Notes under the pieces: generated by a model | What the model saw: only the letters and a program-made list of their open reading frames with translations | Told to the model about the DNA's origin: nothing | Database searches by the model: none | Program-made: the position numbers and the translations under genes | Part shown: positions 38,980-50,933 of the stretch, piece after piece | Position numbering within the stretch: the stretch's first letter is position 1 | How the letters are laid out: each line of letters begins with the position of its first letter | NCBI RefSeq assembly: GCF_964213995.1 | Contig: NC_135801.1 | Location: forward strand, 20,398,001 to 20,462,000 | Direction: 5' to 3' | DNA length: 64,000 nucleotides | Source: Mustelus asterias | Lineage: Eukaryota

Positions 38980-39286
38980 GGGAGACAGTGGCACAGTGGT
39001 TAGCACTGCTGCCTCACAGCGCCAGGGACCCAGGTTTGATTCCCGGCTTGGGTCACTGTCAGTACAGAGTCTGCATGTCCTCCGCGTGTCTGCATGGGTT
39101 TCCTCCGGGTGCTCCGGTTCCTCCCACAAGCCGAAAGAAGTGCTGGTTAGGTGCATTGGCCATGCTAAATTCTCCCTCGGTGTACCAGAACAGGTGCCGG
39201 AGAGTGGCGACTAGGGGATTTTCACAGTAACTTCATTGCAGTGTTAATGTAAGCCTTACTTGTGACAATAGTAAATAAACTTTAAA
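38980..39286 (+). mobile_element. tRNA-derived SINE, type-B tail
   Basis: Shared head; tail ..TGTGACAATAGTAAATAAACTTT. Confidence 0.92.
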
Positions 39287-39336
39287 CTATGTGACGGGAC
39301 TAGTAATCCAGAGGGCCCAGGCTAATGCTATGGGGA

Positions 39337-39545
39337 CAAAAACAGAAAATGTTGTTAAATCGTAGCAGGTCTGACAGCATCTGTGGAGAGAGAACAAAGC
39401 TTCTAGTGTTTCTCGTGTCATCCAGACTCAAAAAATAGCTCTGTTCTCTCTCCACAGATGCCGTCAGACCTGCTGAGATTTTCCAGCATTTTTTTTGTTT
39501 TTGTTTCAGATTCCAGCATCCACAGTAATTTGATTTTATCTTAAT
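39337..39545. repeat. Palindromic Penelope-type element (family 3) inserted in an older SINE head
   Basis: AGCAGGTCTGACAGCATCTGTGGAGAGAGAACA and TGTTCTCTCTCCACAGATGCCGTCAGACCTGCT are inverted arms. Confidence 0.7.
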
Positions 39546-39964
39546 CCGACCACAGCGGCTGGTGGAATTTAAATTCATTTGATAAATCTGGAATAGAAAA
39601 CTGGCCAAGGTTAGTGATGAAGCTATCAGTGATTGTTTTAAGGGCCCAATTGGTCCACTACTGTCCTTGCTGTAGTTGTACTGAACCTTATTTAGGCCTC
39701 ATTTGGAGTATTGTGTATAATTCTGGTCGCCACACTACCAAAAGGATGTGGATGCCAGATGGCCAGACTGTAGCGAGCCCAGGGAAATCGGGTGATAGTG
39801 GACTATCTTTCAGCTCCACGTAGAATTAAGATCATCCTTCTATTTGGTGCCAAGCTTAGTTTCTATCCTTAACTAGTGGCTAACATTTTCTGTGACACAT
39901 TTTGCTTTTGTTTGGTGTATATTTTGAGGAACAACTACATTGAAGAAGATTTTAAAAACAAACT

Positions 39965-41058
39965 ATTGGAACAAAGGGCTTGGAGTACAAGAATGAGAAA
40001 GTCTTACTATTCAATGACAGCCGGAGTAACTGTGTGTAGTTATGGTCTCTATAAGGAGAATAGACTTGCATTGGAGGTGGTACCATAAAGGTTCACCAGG
40101 TGGTTTTTGTTTAAATTAATTGGATATGGGCATCGCTGAGGGCCAGCATTTATTGCCCATTCCTAATTGCCCTTGAATTAAGTGGCTTGCCAGGGCAGTA
40201 AATAGGCCAGATGTTTTTTTCAAGACAGTGGCTTCCATGGTCATCGTAAAGCCCTATTAATTCCAATTTTTTAATTGAATTCAAAGTTCACCATCTGCTG
40301 TGGTGGGATCCAAACCCAGGTTCTCATAGAATTATCCTAGGTCTCTGGATTAAAGGTAAAGTCGCCATAGTCCCAGGTGAACATAGGCTGGTGGTGATTT
40401 AACCTGAAGATCGCCAGACCTTGGGTGAGGGGTAGGATTGAGAAAGTTGACCTTCATGAATAACCTCAGCTGGTATGGGAATTGAACCCATGCTGTTGAT
40501 ATGACTCTGCATCACTAATCAGCCGTCCAGTCAACTGAACTAACCGACTCCCTGGTAATCTCTGAATTACTAGTCCAGTGTCAATACCACTATGACACCA
40601 CCTCCCCATATTCCTGGGATGAAAATGTTCCATCATGAGAAACTAAGTATTTGGCCCTAAATTCACTGGAGTTTAGAAGAATGAGAGGTAGTTTCACTAA
40701 ATCATACAAGACTCTGAACGGGCTTGGCAGGGTAGACACTGAGAGGTTGTTTACCCTGGCTGGGGAATCTAGAACCCAGGGGTTAAGAAGTTGTTCATTT
40801 CAGATTCAGATGAGAAATTTCTCATTTATAAAGAACTTTGGAAATCTTTGGAATTCTGCATCCAGAGGCTCCATCATTGAGTACAATATCCTACTTAAGG
40901 ATAGGCAATAGTTTTTCCTCTCTGGGAGTTGAGGGATATGGGGAAGCAGGCCAGAAAGTGGAGATGAAGTCCAAAATCAGCCATGATCATATTGAATGGT
41001 GGAACAGTCTCGAAGGACCATAAGATCTACCCCTGCTTCTACTCCCTACATTCTTATG
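39965..41058 (+). mobile_element. Decayed CR1 3' fragment interrupted by nested SINEs (about 40110-40608)
   Basis: LALEVVP*RFTR before the insertion; LNSLEFRRMRG..ESRTQG and a CR1 3' UTR after it. Confidence 0.8.
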
Positions 41059-41581
41059 AACACGTGAAAGTGCCTGGGATACTTAAACTGCAGTTATATT
41101 TTGTTTCGGGAGCACCAAGAATCCTGATTCCCAAATGCAAGTTTTCTAGAAGTCCATATTAGTTTGTGTGGGGAGTCTTGTCTCCGGTCAGTGATCACTT
41201 CTACCTTCAGCAAAATGAGGTCATCTGGTGCTGGAGTACTAACTTGCACTGTCCCATTTGCCTATCGCCCCAGTGCTTGCTGTCCTACCTTGGCTCCCAG
41301 TCAAGCAACATCTTTGTATTAAAATTCTCATCCTTGTGTTCACATTTCTCCATGGCCTTGTCTCTCTGTACCTCTGTAATCTCCTCCAGTCCCAAAACCA
41401 TGGTGCTTTCTTTTGTTAAGCGCCTCGGCATTTTATTACACTGAAGATGCTATACAAATATGTTGTTGAAGTACAAATGAATTTTAGTAATACCATACAC
41501 CCATGCACAGTCTTACTCTGTATCAATATGTTCAGCTCTCAAATTATAGTAGATTCTAGTATGATGGACTGAAGATATCCT

Positions 41582-42460
41582 GGGCGGAATTCTCTGTTTT
41601 TGAGATTAAATGCGGTGGCGAGTGACTCTGGCAGCAGCTTTCCTGCTGGTCAGAATAGTGGGACTCTGCGCTCAAACGCTCATTCATTTATACACTAGTG
41701 ATTCGTACACCTGTCGTCAGCTGGATGGTTCAAAGGCCCCCCTGCCATATTTAAACACCAGTCCAGCACACTCATATCACACTCTCATCTGTATTTACCA
41801 GACTGTGCAGGATGTCAGCAACCCTGAGGAATACAGCTAGCAGCCTCAAGAAGAAGTCTATTTCTCGATCCAACCACCCACTCCCCCCGAGCCCATCACC
41901 TACCCAAGCCCAACTTTGAACTCTGCTCTGGAGTCTTCGTGCATCCCCTTCCAGTAAATAATGTGGTATCCCCTTGACCCCCTTGTTTGTGAGCTTTTCA
42001 TGTAGCTTTGTCAGGATCCAGCTTCCCACCCCTCAGTCTTCCCCCTGCCTTCCATTGTTTGTCTGCTTCATCCACCTCCACTGTCTGCCATTGTGAGCCC
42101 TCATTCTTTTCCCTCTTCGTCCATATTGCCCCACCTCCCCAGATAGACACCAGTGTGTGGAACCAGGGGGAAAGAGATGCCTGTACTCCCCAACCCCAGT
42201 CACAGTACTGATCCGACTCGCTGACACAGGATGGTCCATGGGTCCAGCAGCATGGTGCTGGAAATGGTCTGCCCCGGCAGAGTGGTGAACAGCACATCTG
42301 GAGCAGAGCAGCACTATCGCAGAAAGTTGTTGCACTCACCTCAAAGTCTGTTGCAAACTGAGGACCACCTTGTGCATGCCTCTCTTTTTATCAATCAAGT
42401 TTTAGACCGATGTAAGGATGTGACACAAGATTGGAAGGCCTGACAGGATACTGGTGAGCA
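41582..42460 (+). mobile_element. Possible Harbinger remnant (Myb/SANT partner gene fragment)
   Basis: GGGCGGAATTCTC TIR-like start; degenerate VVNSTSGAEQHYRRKL resembles the Myb/SANT VN..RT..QCRKK motif. Weak. Confidence 0.35.
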
Positions 42461-42475
42461 ACCGTTTTAATGAAC

Positions 42476-42735
42476 ATTCATGAGATGCAAATGACATTCA
42501 CACCAAGAAGAGCAGGACAGTTAATCCTGGTGACTTTATCAATATTTATCTCATTCAGCATCACAAAATGGATTATCTGTTTATTATCAAATAGTTGTTC
42601 TTGGGATCTTGATGTGCATAAATTGGCTGCCCTATTTCCTACGTTACAACAGTGACTACAATTTGGCTGTACAGCGCTTTGAGATGTTTGGTAGTTGTAA
42701 AAGCTGCTGCTATATAACAGCAAGTCTTTTTGTTT
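42476..42735 (+). mobile_element. Old Deu-domain SINE (SacSINE1/AmnSINE-like) 3' part
   Basis: AATTGGCTGCC..TTTCCTACGTTACAACAGTGACTACA..GCGCTTTG tail. Confidence 0.7.
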
Positions 42736-43613
42736 TTCCTTTTACAAATAAGGTTTTGGTCATTTACTGTCGAGTGTTTGTTCGAACAGTCAGAAAAGCT
42801 AAAGGTGAATGTTGCGCCATCAAAATTAAGTTTTTTAAATTTCATTTTGAATGAATATTACATAATGCAAGCACAAAAACAAACTATTCGGCCTATAAGG
42901 TCTGTGCTAGTGTTTCTGCTCCACACAAGCATCCTCCCATCGTATTTAACCATATTAGTGTAACATGTTTCTGTGCGTATCTAGTTTCTCCTTCAGTAGA
43001 TCCATGCTATTTGTTTCAACTGCTGCAGGTTCCTCATATTCATCACTCTTTGGGTAAAGACATTTCTCCTGAATTTATTAGTGACTGCCTTTGTTTATGG
43101 TCCCTGCCTTTGGACTCTCCAAGACATCTGCAAACCCCTCTCACTCTTCTGTGAGACATTTTCAGGTGCACATTTTGTGCATTCTATTTCATCACGCAGA
43201 GTGCAAATGCAGCATGTAAGACTTAGAATGAAACCATTTCCAATGAAATGTTTTCTCAAAGAGAAACATGGAGCAATAAAAGGTAATAATTAAACCAAAT
43301 ACCCTTGACGTGGGTGCCCAATCAGCTGAAGGTCCTGCTGTCCGTGAAATGTTTAAAGACATTAAAATTTATACCATTTACAGATAGTGCATTTGACGGA
43401 ATGTTTATATTATTATTATTAATCGCCCTTTGAACTAAAGTGACTAATCGGTCAAATCAGTCTTCTCTAAAATCTATTAAACTGTAGTCTTATTGAGCAG
43501 TGACTTATCAATTCAGTTATTTTTTATATACTGAGCTTCCTGATTTTCATTTTATCTGCATCTATTTCTGTTTTTTGTCTACCCTAAGTAAAGGGAACTT
43601 TCTCTGCGCCTCT

Positions 43614-43906
43614 TAGAATCCTTACAGTGCAGAAGGCCCATCGAGTCTGCACCGACCACAATCCCACCCAGGCCCTGTCCACGTAATCCTAATAACCCCC
43701 TGACACTAAGGGGCAACTTAGCATGGCCAATCAACCTAACCTACACATCTTTGTGGGAGGAAACTGGAGCTCCCGGAGGAAACCATGCAGACATCCATCC
43801 GAGAACGTGCAAACTCCACACAGACAGAGACCCAAGCCGGGAATCGAACCCGGGTCCCTGGCGCTGTGAGGCAGCAGTGCTAACCACTGTGCCATCATGC
43901 CGCCCC
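43614..43906 (-). mobile_element. tRNA-derived SINE with CR1-type tail
   Basis: Family match. Confidence 0.9.
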
Positions 43907-44895
43907 ATTTAATGCTGTGACTAAATCTTGGCGAGCTTGGTGCTGACACTTGTGTGCCTACATAGGAAATACTCCATTTCCCAGCATCGTCATCTTTCAT
44001 TCTGAGGGTAAAATTTTCAAGGTGAAAAGATATATTTTTCAATGTCAATTCTTGGTCCATTCTGTCTGGCAAGATTATAGACAAATGTAACAAGTTTGAC
44101 CAGAATCCTGCAGACTTGACATGAAATACTTGAAGGATGCTATATCCATTTTTGAAATTGGAATGACTATCAATTTCCACAATTCGAGGTGCAGTTATTC
44201 CACTCTATTTAAGATTATTAAATCATTATCCACATAAACCAGTTTAGCCATTTTGCATTGAGAATGCACCTGGGTGTTTCAGTTCAACCCTGCAGCATTT
44301 ATTGATGTTAGTGTCTGTGTTAATATGTATCGGCGCCCAATTCCCAGTTTTGGATTATTGCTAACTCACCGTCTAAATTTCATTAATTGTATTTATTGTG
44401 GACACCATGGCGGAGATCCCAGTCGTTCAAAGGTGAAGGTACAGGATGAGGAATTGCTGTATGTATGCCAGCAGACTCTTTGTGAGTGATCAGCTAATTT
44501 ATCACTGCCCACTCGTTTTCTTTCCATTGAAATTCACGTGACGATAGTTTAAAATAATTTCCTAATATCACTGTGACTTTTATTTGGTTTGGAATTAAAA
44601 ATGTTGGCAATATTTTCGGAGTGAATGGTAAGCGAAAACCGGTGCAATGAAAAATTGGCTGTTGTTTCCCTATGACCCGTTTAGCATCACTGGCATAGAT
44701 CTATTTCAGCTCACTTCCCTTGGATCATGCAGGGTTCAATCCCTGCTTTGTGCTGAATAACCTGATTTTGCTGTTGGAAAGATGTTACTAACAGTGTGAG
44801 AGGCTTGCCAGTGTTACTGGTCGTGCTTTGTACTGTGCACTAATCTTGGAAAAATGACCTCTAAACCAGTGACTAGTTTTGTTATCTTTAAACAG

Positions 44896-45042
44896 GAGAG
44901 CATGCATGCATACGCAGCCAACGTTTACACGACAGTCGTGGAAGAACTGGTAAAAGGGAAACAGCACAAGTTTATTGTGGTAGAGCAGGAATTCTTTCGA
45001 CTCTGGTGGGACAAGGTGGCCACTGATGCACAGAAAGAACAG
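44896..45042 (+). CDS. MAN2B2: MAN2B2 exon 2
   Basis: aacag|[32 protein letters not shown]|gtaatg; 147 nt, phase 0-0. Confidence 0.97.
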
Positions 45043-45481
45043 GTAATGGGAGAAATTTGGTACGAGTGTACTCTTATTTTTCATTGAACTTTACAACCAC
45101 AGAAACAGGCCGTTTAACTTGTCTTGTGGTGGAAACAATAGTAATTGAGTAAATATTTGACGAAGAGAAAATTGCATTGCCAAGTGGAAAGCTGAGGGAA
45201 GTGGGACAAACTGGATCATTCTTTCAAGGAACTAGTTCAAGCACGGTGGCTCGAATGGCCTACTTGTGTGCTGTAAGATTCTATGACTTCACTGGAGCTT
45301 TCAAGTTGAACCTCACTCTCCTAGCCATATCTTCTGATATTTCTTTTTATTAAACAGTCATCTAATTCTGTTTTTTAAAACAATTTATCAACTCTGAAAA
45401 ATGGTTAATGGCAGAAAATTTCATAACTTAATTATGATTTTGTCTTTTTTGGATGAAACCCAGGCCCCATCTGCACCTTTT

Positions 45482-45768
45482 TAAAAGTTTATTTATTAGT
45501 GTCATAAGTGGGCTTACATTAACGCTACAATGAAGTTACTGTGAAAATCGCCGAGTTGCCACACTCCGGCACCTGTTCGGGTACACTGATGCAGATGGCC
45601 GATGCACATAGCCAGCACGTCTTTCAGACTGTGGGAGGAAACCGGAACAGCCAGAGAAACCCACACAGACACAAGGAGAACGTGTAGACTCCGCAGTGAC
45701 ACAAGCCGGGAATTGAACCTGGGTCCCTGGCGCTGTGAGGCAGCAGTGCTAACCACCGTGCCACCATG
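45482..45768 (-). mobile_element. tRNA-derived SINE, type-B tail
   Basis: Family match. Confidence 0.9.
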
Positions 45769-45940
45769 TTATTTGACATTGTTTGAAAACAAGGAGGGGA
45801 CTGCCTCCCATTTTCCCCGTTGTCTTGGAGAAATATTTATCCCTCAACTGGTATAATTTAAAATAAAATTCAGACACCTGTTGGGGGGGCGATCTGGGAC
45901 CAGGACCTGAGGGTGGATTTACTCCTGGATTAGAATTGCT

Positions 45941-46289
45941 TCATAGAAATCATAGAAACCCTACAGTACAGAAAGAGGCCATTCGGCCCATCGAGTCTGC
46001 AGCGACCACAATCCCAGCTAGGCCCTACCCCCATATCCCTACATATTTTACCCGCTAATCCCTCTAATCTACGCATCCCAGGACACTAAGGGGCAATTTT
46101 AGCATGGCCAATCAACCTAACCCGCACATCTTTGGACTGTGGGAGGAAACCGGAGCACCCGGAGGAAACCCATGCAGACACAAGGAGAATGTGCAAACTC
46201 CACACAGACAGTGACCCAAGCCGGGAATCGAACCCAGGTCCCTGGAGCTGTGAAGTAGCAGTGCTAACCACTGTGCTACCGTGCTGCCC
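45941..46289 (-). mobile_element. Full-length tRNA-derived SINE with CR1-type tail
   Basis: Close reverse complement of 30367-30708. Confidence 0.93.
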
Positions 46290-46742
46290 GCTTCTCACGC
46301 ACTTGTGGTAGTTTAAATTGCTAATTGTCATTGGTCAGACTGTTGCCACAGCCATTGATGAAGGAGTGCTACTCGAGTGGTATGGTGAACACAAATTCAG
46401 CCGATAATCCTGCAGTCTGAATTTACTGTCAATCTAGGGTTCTTGTGCCACCAATTCCAACAGATGAGTGGGGGAGTGCGAGGTCCTGCCCCTCCTGCCA
46501 ATTGAAATAAATCTAACCATGGGATTGGCCCCCCGCATGGGACATGGAGCTTTTTTCAGCAGCAGTTTATCATGGCCCCCACTTTGTGAGGTGGGTTAAT
46601 GCACAAGAATACAAATTTTTGCTTAGCCCTACTGAACTTGTAGTAATAGTGTAGGGCTAACAGAACAATTAAAGTATGAGTTACTAGACACAGATGTCCA
46701 AGGGAGGACATTTGCTGGCTTCGCTGAGAACCAAGGTTATGA

Positions 46743-47080
46743 GGTGGCATAGTGGTTAGCACTGTTGCCTCACATTGCCAGGGACCCAGGTTCGATTCTG
46801 GCCTCGGGTCACTGTCTGTGTGAAGTTCTCCCCGTGTCTCCGTGGGTTTTCTCTGGTTTTCTCCCACAATCCAAAGATGTGCAGGTTGAGTTGATTGGCC
46901 ATGCTAAATTGACCTTTCGTGTCCAGGGATGTGTAGGTTCGGTGGATTAGCCATGGGGAATGCACAAGGTTATGGGGATAAGATGGGGGTTGAGCCTGGG
47001 TAAGATGCTGTTTTGCAGAGTCGGTGCAGACTCAGTGGGCTGAACAGCCTCCTTCCATACTTCCATAGGGATTCTATGAT
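46743..47080 (+). mobile_element. tRNA-derived SINE with CR1-type tail
   Basis: Family match. Confidence 0.9.
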
Positions 47081-47546
47081 GTTGGATGTATTAGAACCGC
47101 TATTTTTGATAAGTTCCTGATTCTTGAGAAGAAGAGCCAATGAGAGAGAGGGAAGCAGAAAGTTGAGGAGGTCAGAGCAGGTAGGGAACGGGATGCTCGT
47201 AACGCTGCTTCATCCAGACGCCTGGTGATTTTGGACTTCATAGTGAAATCCCCTCTTAATTTCTCATCTTCGAGGAGCGCAGCCCCAGCTTCTCCAATCT
47301 ATCCGCCCAACTGAAGCCCGTCAGTCCCGAAACCATTCTCATCCATCTTTTCTGCGTCCTCTCTAATGCCTCCATGTGGCAGCAGTTTTAGAATCATAGA
47401 ATCACAGAATCCTACTGTGCAGAAGGAGGCCATTCAGTCCAGCGAATCTGCAATATTCCAATGCTAATTGATTTAAGTCATTTTGATATTGTTTTTAAAA
47501 AAAATCCTGCTCGAAGTTTACAATTTTTACTGAGTGTTAATTTCAG

Positions 47547-47652
47547 GTGCACAAGTTGTTGGATGAAGGACGCTTGGAGTTTATCATTGGAGGCCAGGTG
47601 ATGCACGATGAAGCGGTAACAGAACTCAGTTCACAGATCTTACAGCTCACAG
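47547..47652 (+). CDS. MAN2B2: MAN2B2 exon 3
   Basis: tttcag|[35 protein letters not shown]|gttggt; 106 nt, phase 0-1. Confidence 0.97.
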
Positions 47653-47873
47653 GTTGGTATCCTTCCCCCCCCCCACATCTGTACTTCAAACAATAATATT
47701 GAGCTAGTGTAACTTTCTGAACTTGTCACTTTATCTTTCTGTTAATGTCTAACACCCTTTTGATGCCTCGATGCTGAACTCCAGCCTTCAGGACATGCAC
47801 TTGCAATCTTTCCCAAAGAGCATTGGATGACTGTTTTCAACTGCAATTGGAGAAGTATACAATGAACTGTAAG

Positions 47874-48046
47874 AAGCCTCACAACACCAGGTTAAAGTCC
47901 AACAGGTTTATTTGGAATCACGAGCTTTCTGATGAAGGAACAACGCTCTGAAAACTCGTGATTCCACATAAACCTGTTGGACTTCAACCTAGTATTGTGA
48001 GACCTCTTACTGTGCCCACCTCAGTCCAACGCCGGCATCTCCACAT
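47874..48046. mobile_element. Palindromic Penelope-type element (family 2) with a degenerate hammerhead core
   Basis: Inverted arms; CTGATGA..GAAA at about 47929-47953; direct flanks CAATGAACT(G/A)TAAG at 47860-47873 and 48047-48060. Confidence 0.75.
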
Positions 48047-48472
48047 CAATGAACTATAAGGTCCAGACCTTATTGGGACAAACAGTTCCTGCACATCAAT
48101 CATTAGGAGACATTGGTTGAAAGATTATTTTCAACGTGTCTTTTTGGTTCTAATGATGTATATGTGCACCCAAAATGACAAGAACCTGCCTCTTCTCTTA
48201 AAGTTGCTGATTGATTGACCCACAGTATTTTTCCCAAATTTCCTGTTATTATCACAGTACATCATTGTCTTTTCTCATCTGATTTCCCAGCGTTGCTAAA
48301 TGTATTTAAATTTAACCTTTAAAACAAAATGATTCTCCACCCATGTTAAGTTGGCTTGCATTGGTGATGTTGCCAGTCTTATTTGCCTCATTTTAATTTA
48401 TGCAATTGTAATTTCCAAAAAGCTATTTTCCTTGGTTTTGAGGCATTTATGAAGGTAGGTCTGTCTTTGCAG

Positions 48473-48645
48473 AAGGACATGGCTTCCTGTATGAGACGTT
48501 TGGAAAAAGACCTCAGTTTTCATGGCACGTGGATCCCTTTGGCGCATCAGCCACCACACCGACAGTGTTTGCTTTGGCTGGTTTTAATGCTCACCTCATT
48601 TCACGGATTGACTATGACGAAAAGGAAACAATGCAGAGAAATAAG
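48473..48645 (+). CDS. MAN2B2: MAN2B2 exon 4 (catalytic nucleophile region)
   Basis: ttgcag|(E)[40 protein letters not shown]|gtgaac; 173 nt, phase 1-0. Confidence 0.97.
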
Positions 48646-49757
48646 GTGAACAGTGGGGGCAAGTGGTGGGGGAGAAGTGAGGGTGGGGTAGACATGAGGT
48701 GGGGTAGGGAGGCTACCTCTTAATGTCATCCAAAGCTATCACCCATTTGTCTGCTGGCGTTTGTATGGTCTGGTGTATGTTCATCCTCTTGCATTGTAGT
48801 TTTCCCCCGTGTGAAGCAGAAGGCCGTATCCAATCTAGCAATGAAGTTTAGGATGTCTAAACTCTGTCACAAATGTATTTGGAAGGACTGATGTGCCAAT
48901 CTGCGTTCCAACAATTCACTAATCACAATTACATGTGAGCTCAAAGCGCCTGAATCACCTGCCCCAGGGGTCATCTGAGCACTTCCGAGCAGGGAGCGCT
49001 GCATGGAAACAGCTCCACAGCGCTTGATCTGATTCAAGCCCTGAGGATGGCAGCTCGGAAACCAGCTCCAGATTTACGATGGGGGCCCTCAGAGATTGAG
49101 AGAGAGAGACAGTCAGGTTGGTGTAGCAGCCACTTAACTTCAGTACCACCCCTCACCCATTGGCCTCCTGGTGCTGGAAGCAGCCAGTCCATATCTTATA
49201 TTGCGGCTACTGTTCACTCACAGCTCAAGTGGCATATCATCTCTAATTACAGAACTGGACCTGGGAATATGCCCTCACCCAGTCAGAGTCACCTCTGGCC
49301 TCCCTTATTCTGTTCAGACAGGAGGTGTCTATGTTTGCCCATCCATCATGGGCAGGGTCTACTGGATGGTGATGTCTGATTTGGGAGCTAATGGATCTTC
49401 TTTGATAGGCGCTGGGGTCCGGCACACATGCAGATACTGACCCTCTTGAAACTGTGAACCTAAACGCTTATCCTTGACTTTGGGAGACTGTGGGCACTTG
49501 ACATTGTTCAAGATTTACACATGATGGCCAATTAGTTTGATGAACGTGAGTCTCAGGAATGTTAGAGAGCGCAATTGCTTTCTGCATCAGGGTTAAGGAA
49601 AGCTAATAGGCACCTTCTCACTCGCAATGCATCAGTCATGCTGTCAGGCCGAAGGCTCCTGGACAGCCACTCTGCTTTTTTGCTCCCGCAGCTAACAGGC
49701 TAAATCCCGCCCAGGCTTCCTGGAGCCCTCTTCACTTCACTACCCTTCCAAGTCACT

Positions 49758-50070
49758 CATAAATCGTACAGTGCAAAAGGAGGCCATTTGCCCATCAAAT
49801 CTGCACCGACCACAATGCCATCCAGGCCCTATCCCCATAAACCCATGCATTTACCCTAGCTAGGCCCCCTAAAACTAAGGGGCAATTTAGCACGGCCAAT
49901 CCACCTAACCGGCACATCTTTTGGACTGTGGGAGGAAATCGGAGCACCCGGAGGGAACCCACGCAGACACAGGGAGAACGTGCAAGCTCCACACAGACAG
50001 TGACCCAAGCTGAGAATCGAATCCAGTTCTCTGGCGCTGTGAGGCAGCAGTGCTAACCACTGTGCCGCCC
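49758..50070 (-). mobile_element. tRNA-derived SINE with CR1-type tail
   Basis: Family match. Confidence 0.9.
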
Positions 50071-50252
50071 AGAGACAGAGAAATTAAAATGCCACACTGA
50101 AGCTGCACTCAGGTTCTGAATTGATTAAACTTAAACTTATTTAAATTTATTTATTGATTAAATGGAAATTTAGTTACATAAATTAAGCAAGTAGGACACC
50201 TGCAAAGCAACATGCGTTTTGTGTAATGACACCAGTAAATTTTAAAGCTACA

Positions 50253-50445
50253 CCAGTATCTTTCTTTTAAGTTTTGGATTTCTAGCATTAGTGATACCTT
50301 GCTTTTATATTAAAAGCTTACACTGCAGATATTTATAAAATGTCTCTTTGACTGTTGGTATGTAACTATCTGCAGTGTAAGCTTTTAATATAAAAGCAAG
50401 GTATCACTAATGCTAGAAATCCAAAACTTAAAAGAAAGGTACTGG
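50253..50445. repeat. Near-perfect inverted repeat, 79-bp arms, 35-nt spacer
   Basis: 50253-50331 is the reverse complement of 50367-50445 with one mismatch. Confidence 0.95.
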
Positions 50446-50933
50446 AAATAACCAGCAGATCAGACAGCAAATGTGCAGGATGAAACATTAGCTGTGTTAT
50501 TCTCTCCACAGATGCTGCCTAAGCTGATGAGTATTTCCAGTCTTTGCTGTTTCAGTTCAGGAGCCCCCTTTTTGTTTCCAAGCTCTCTGGCTGGGAACAT
50601 CGCCATCAGCTGTCAGTTCCCCTCTAAGCCACTCACTCCCCTGACTTGGAAACATATCACCATTCCTTTGCAGTCGCTGGGTCAAAATCCTGAAGCTCCT
50701 TCCCTAACAGCACTGTGGGTGTACCTACACCACGTGGACTGCAGCGGTTCAAGAAAGCAGCTCACCCCACTGCCTTCTCAAGGGCAATTAGGGATGAGCA
50801 GTAAATGCTGGCCTAGCCAGTGACACCCATTTTTAAAAAATCACACTGTTCACCCCCGCATACCAGGCATTTTTGTATTTTTGTTTGCATTTGTTTTTCA
50901 CATAGCTCACAGCAAATAACAATTATTGATGCC

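Noticed and set aside
44406-44440. accATGG Kozak context in MAN2B2 intron 1 as an alternative start
   Set aside because: Stops after 9 codons; the nearby GT would be phase 2, incompatible with exon 2.
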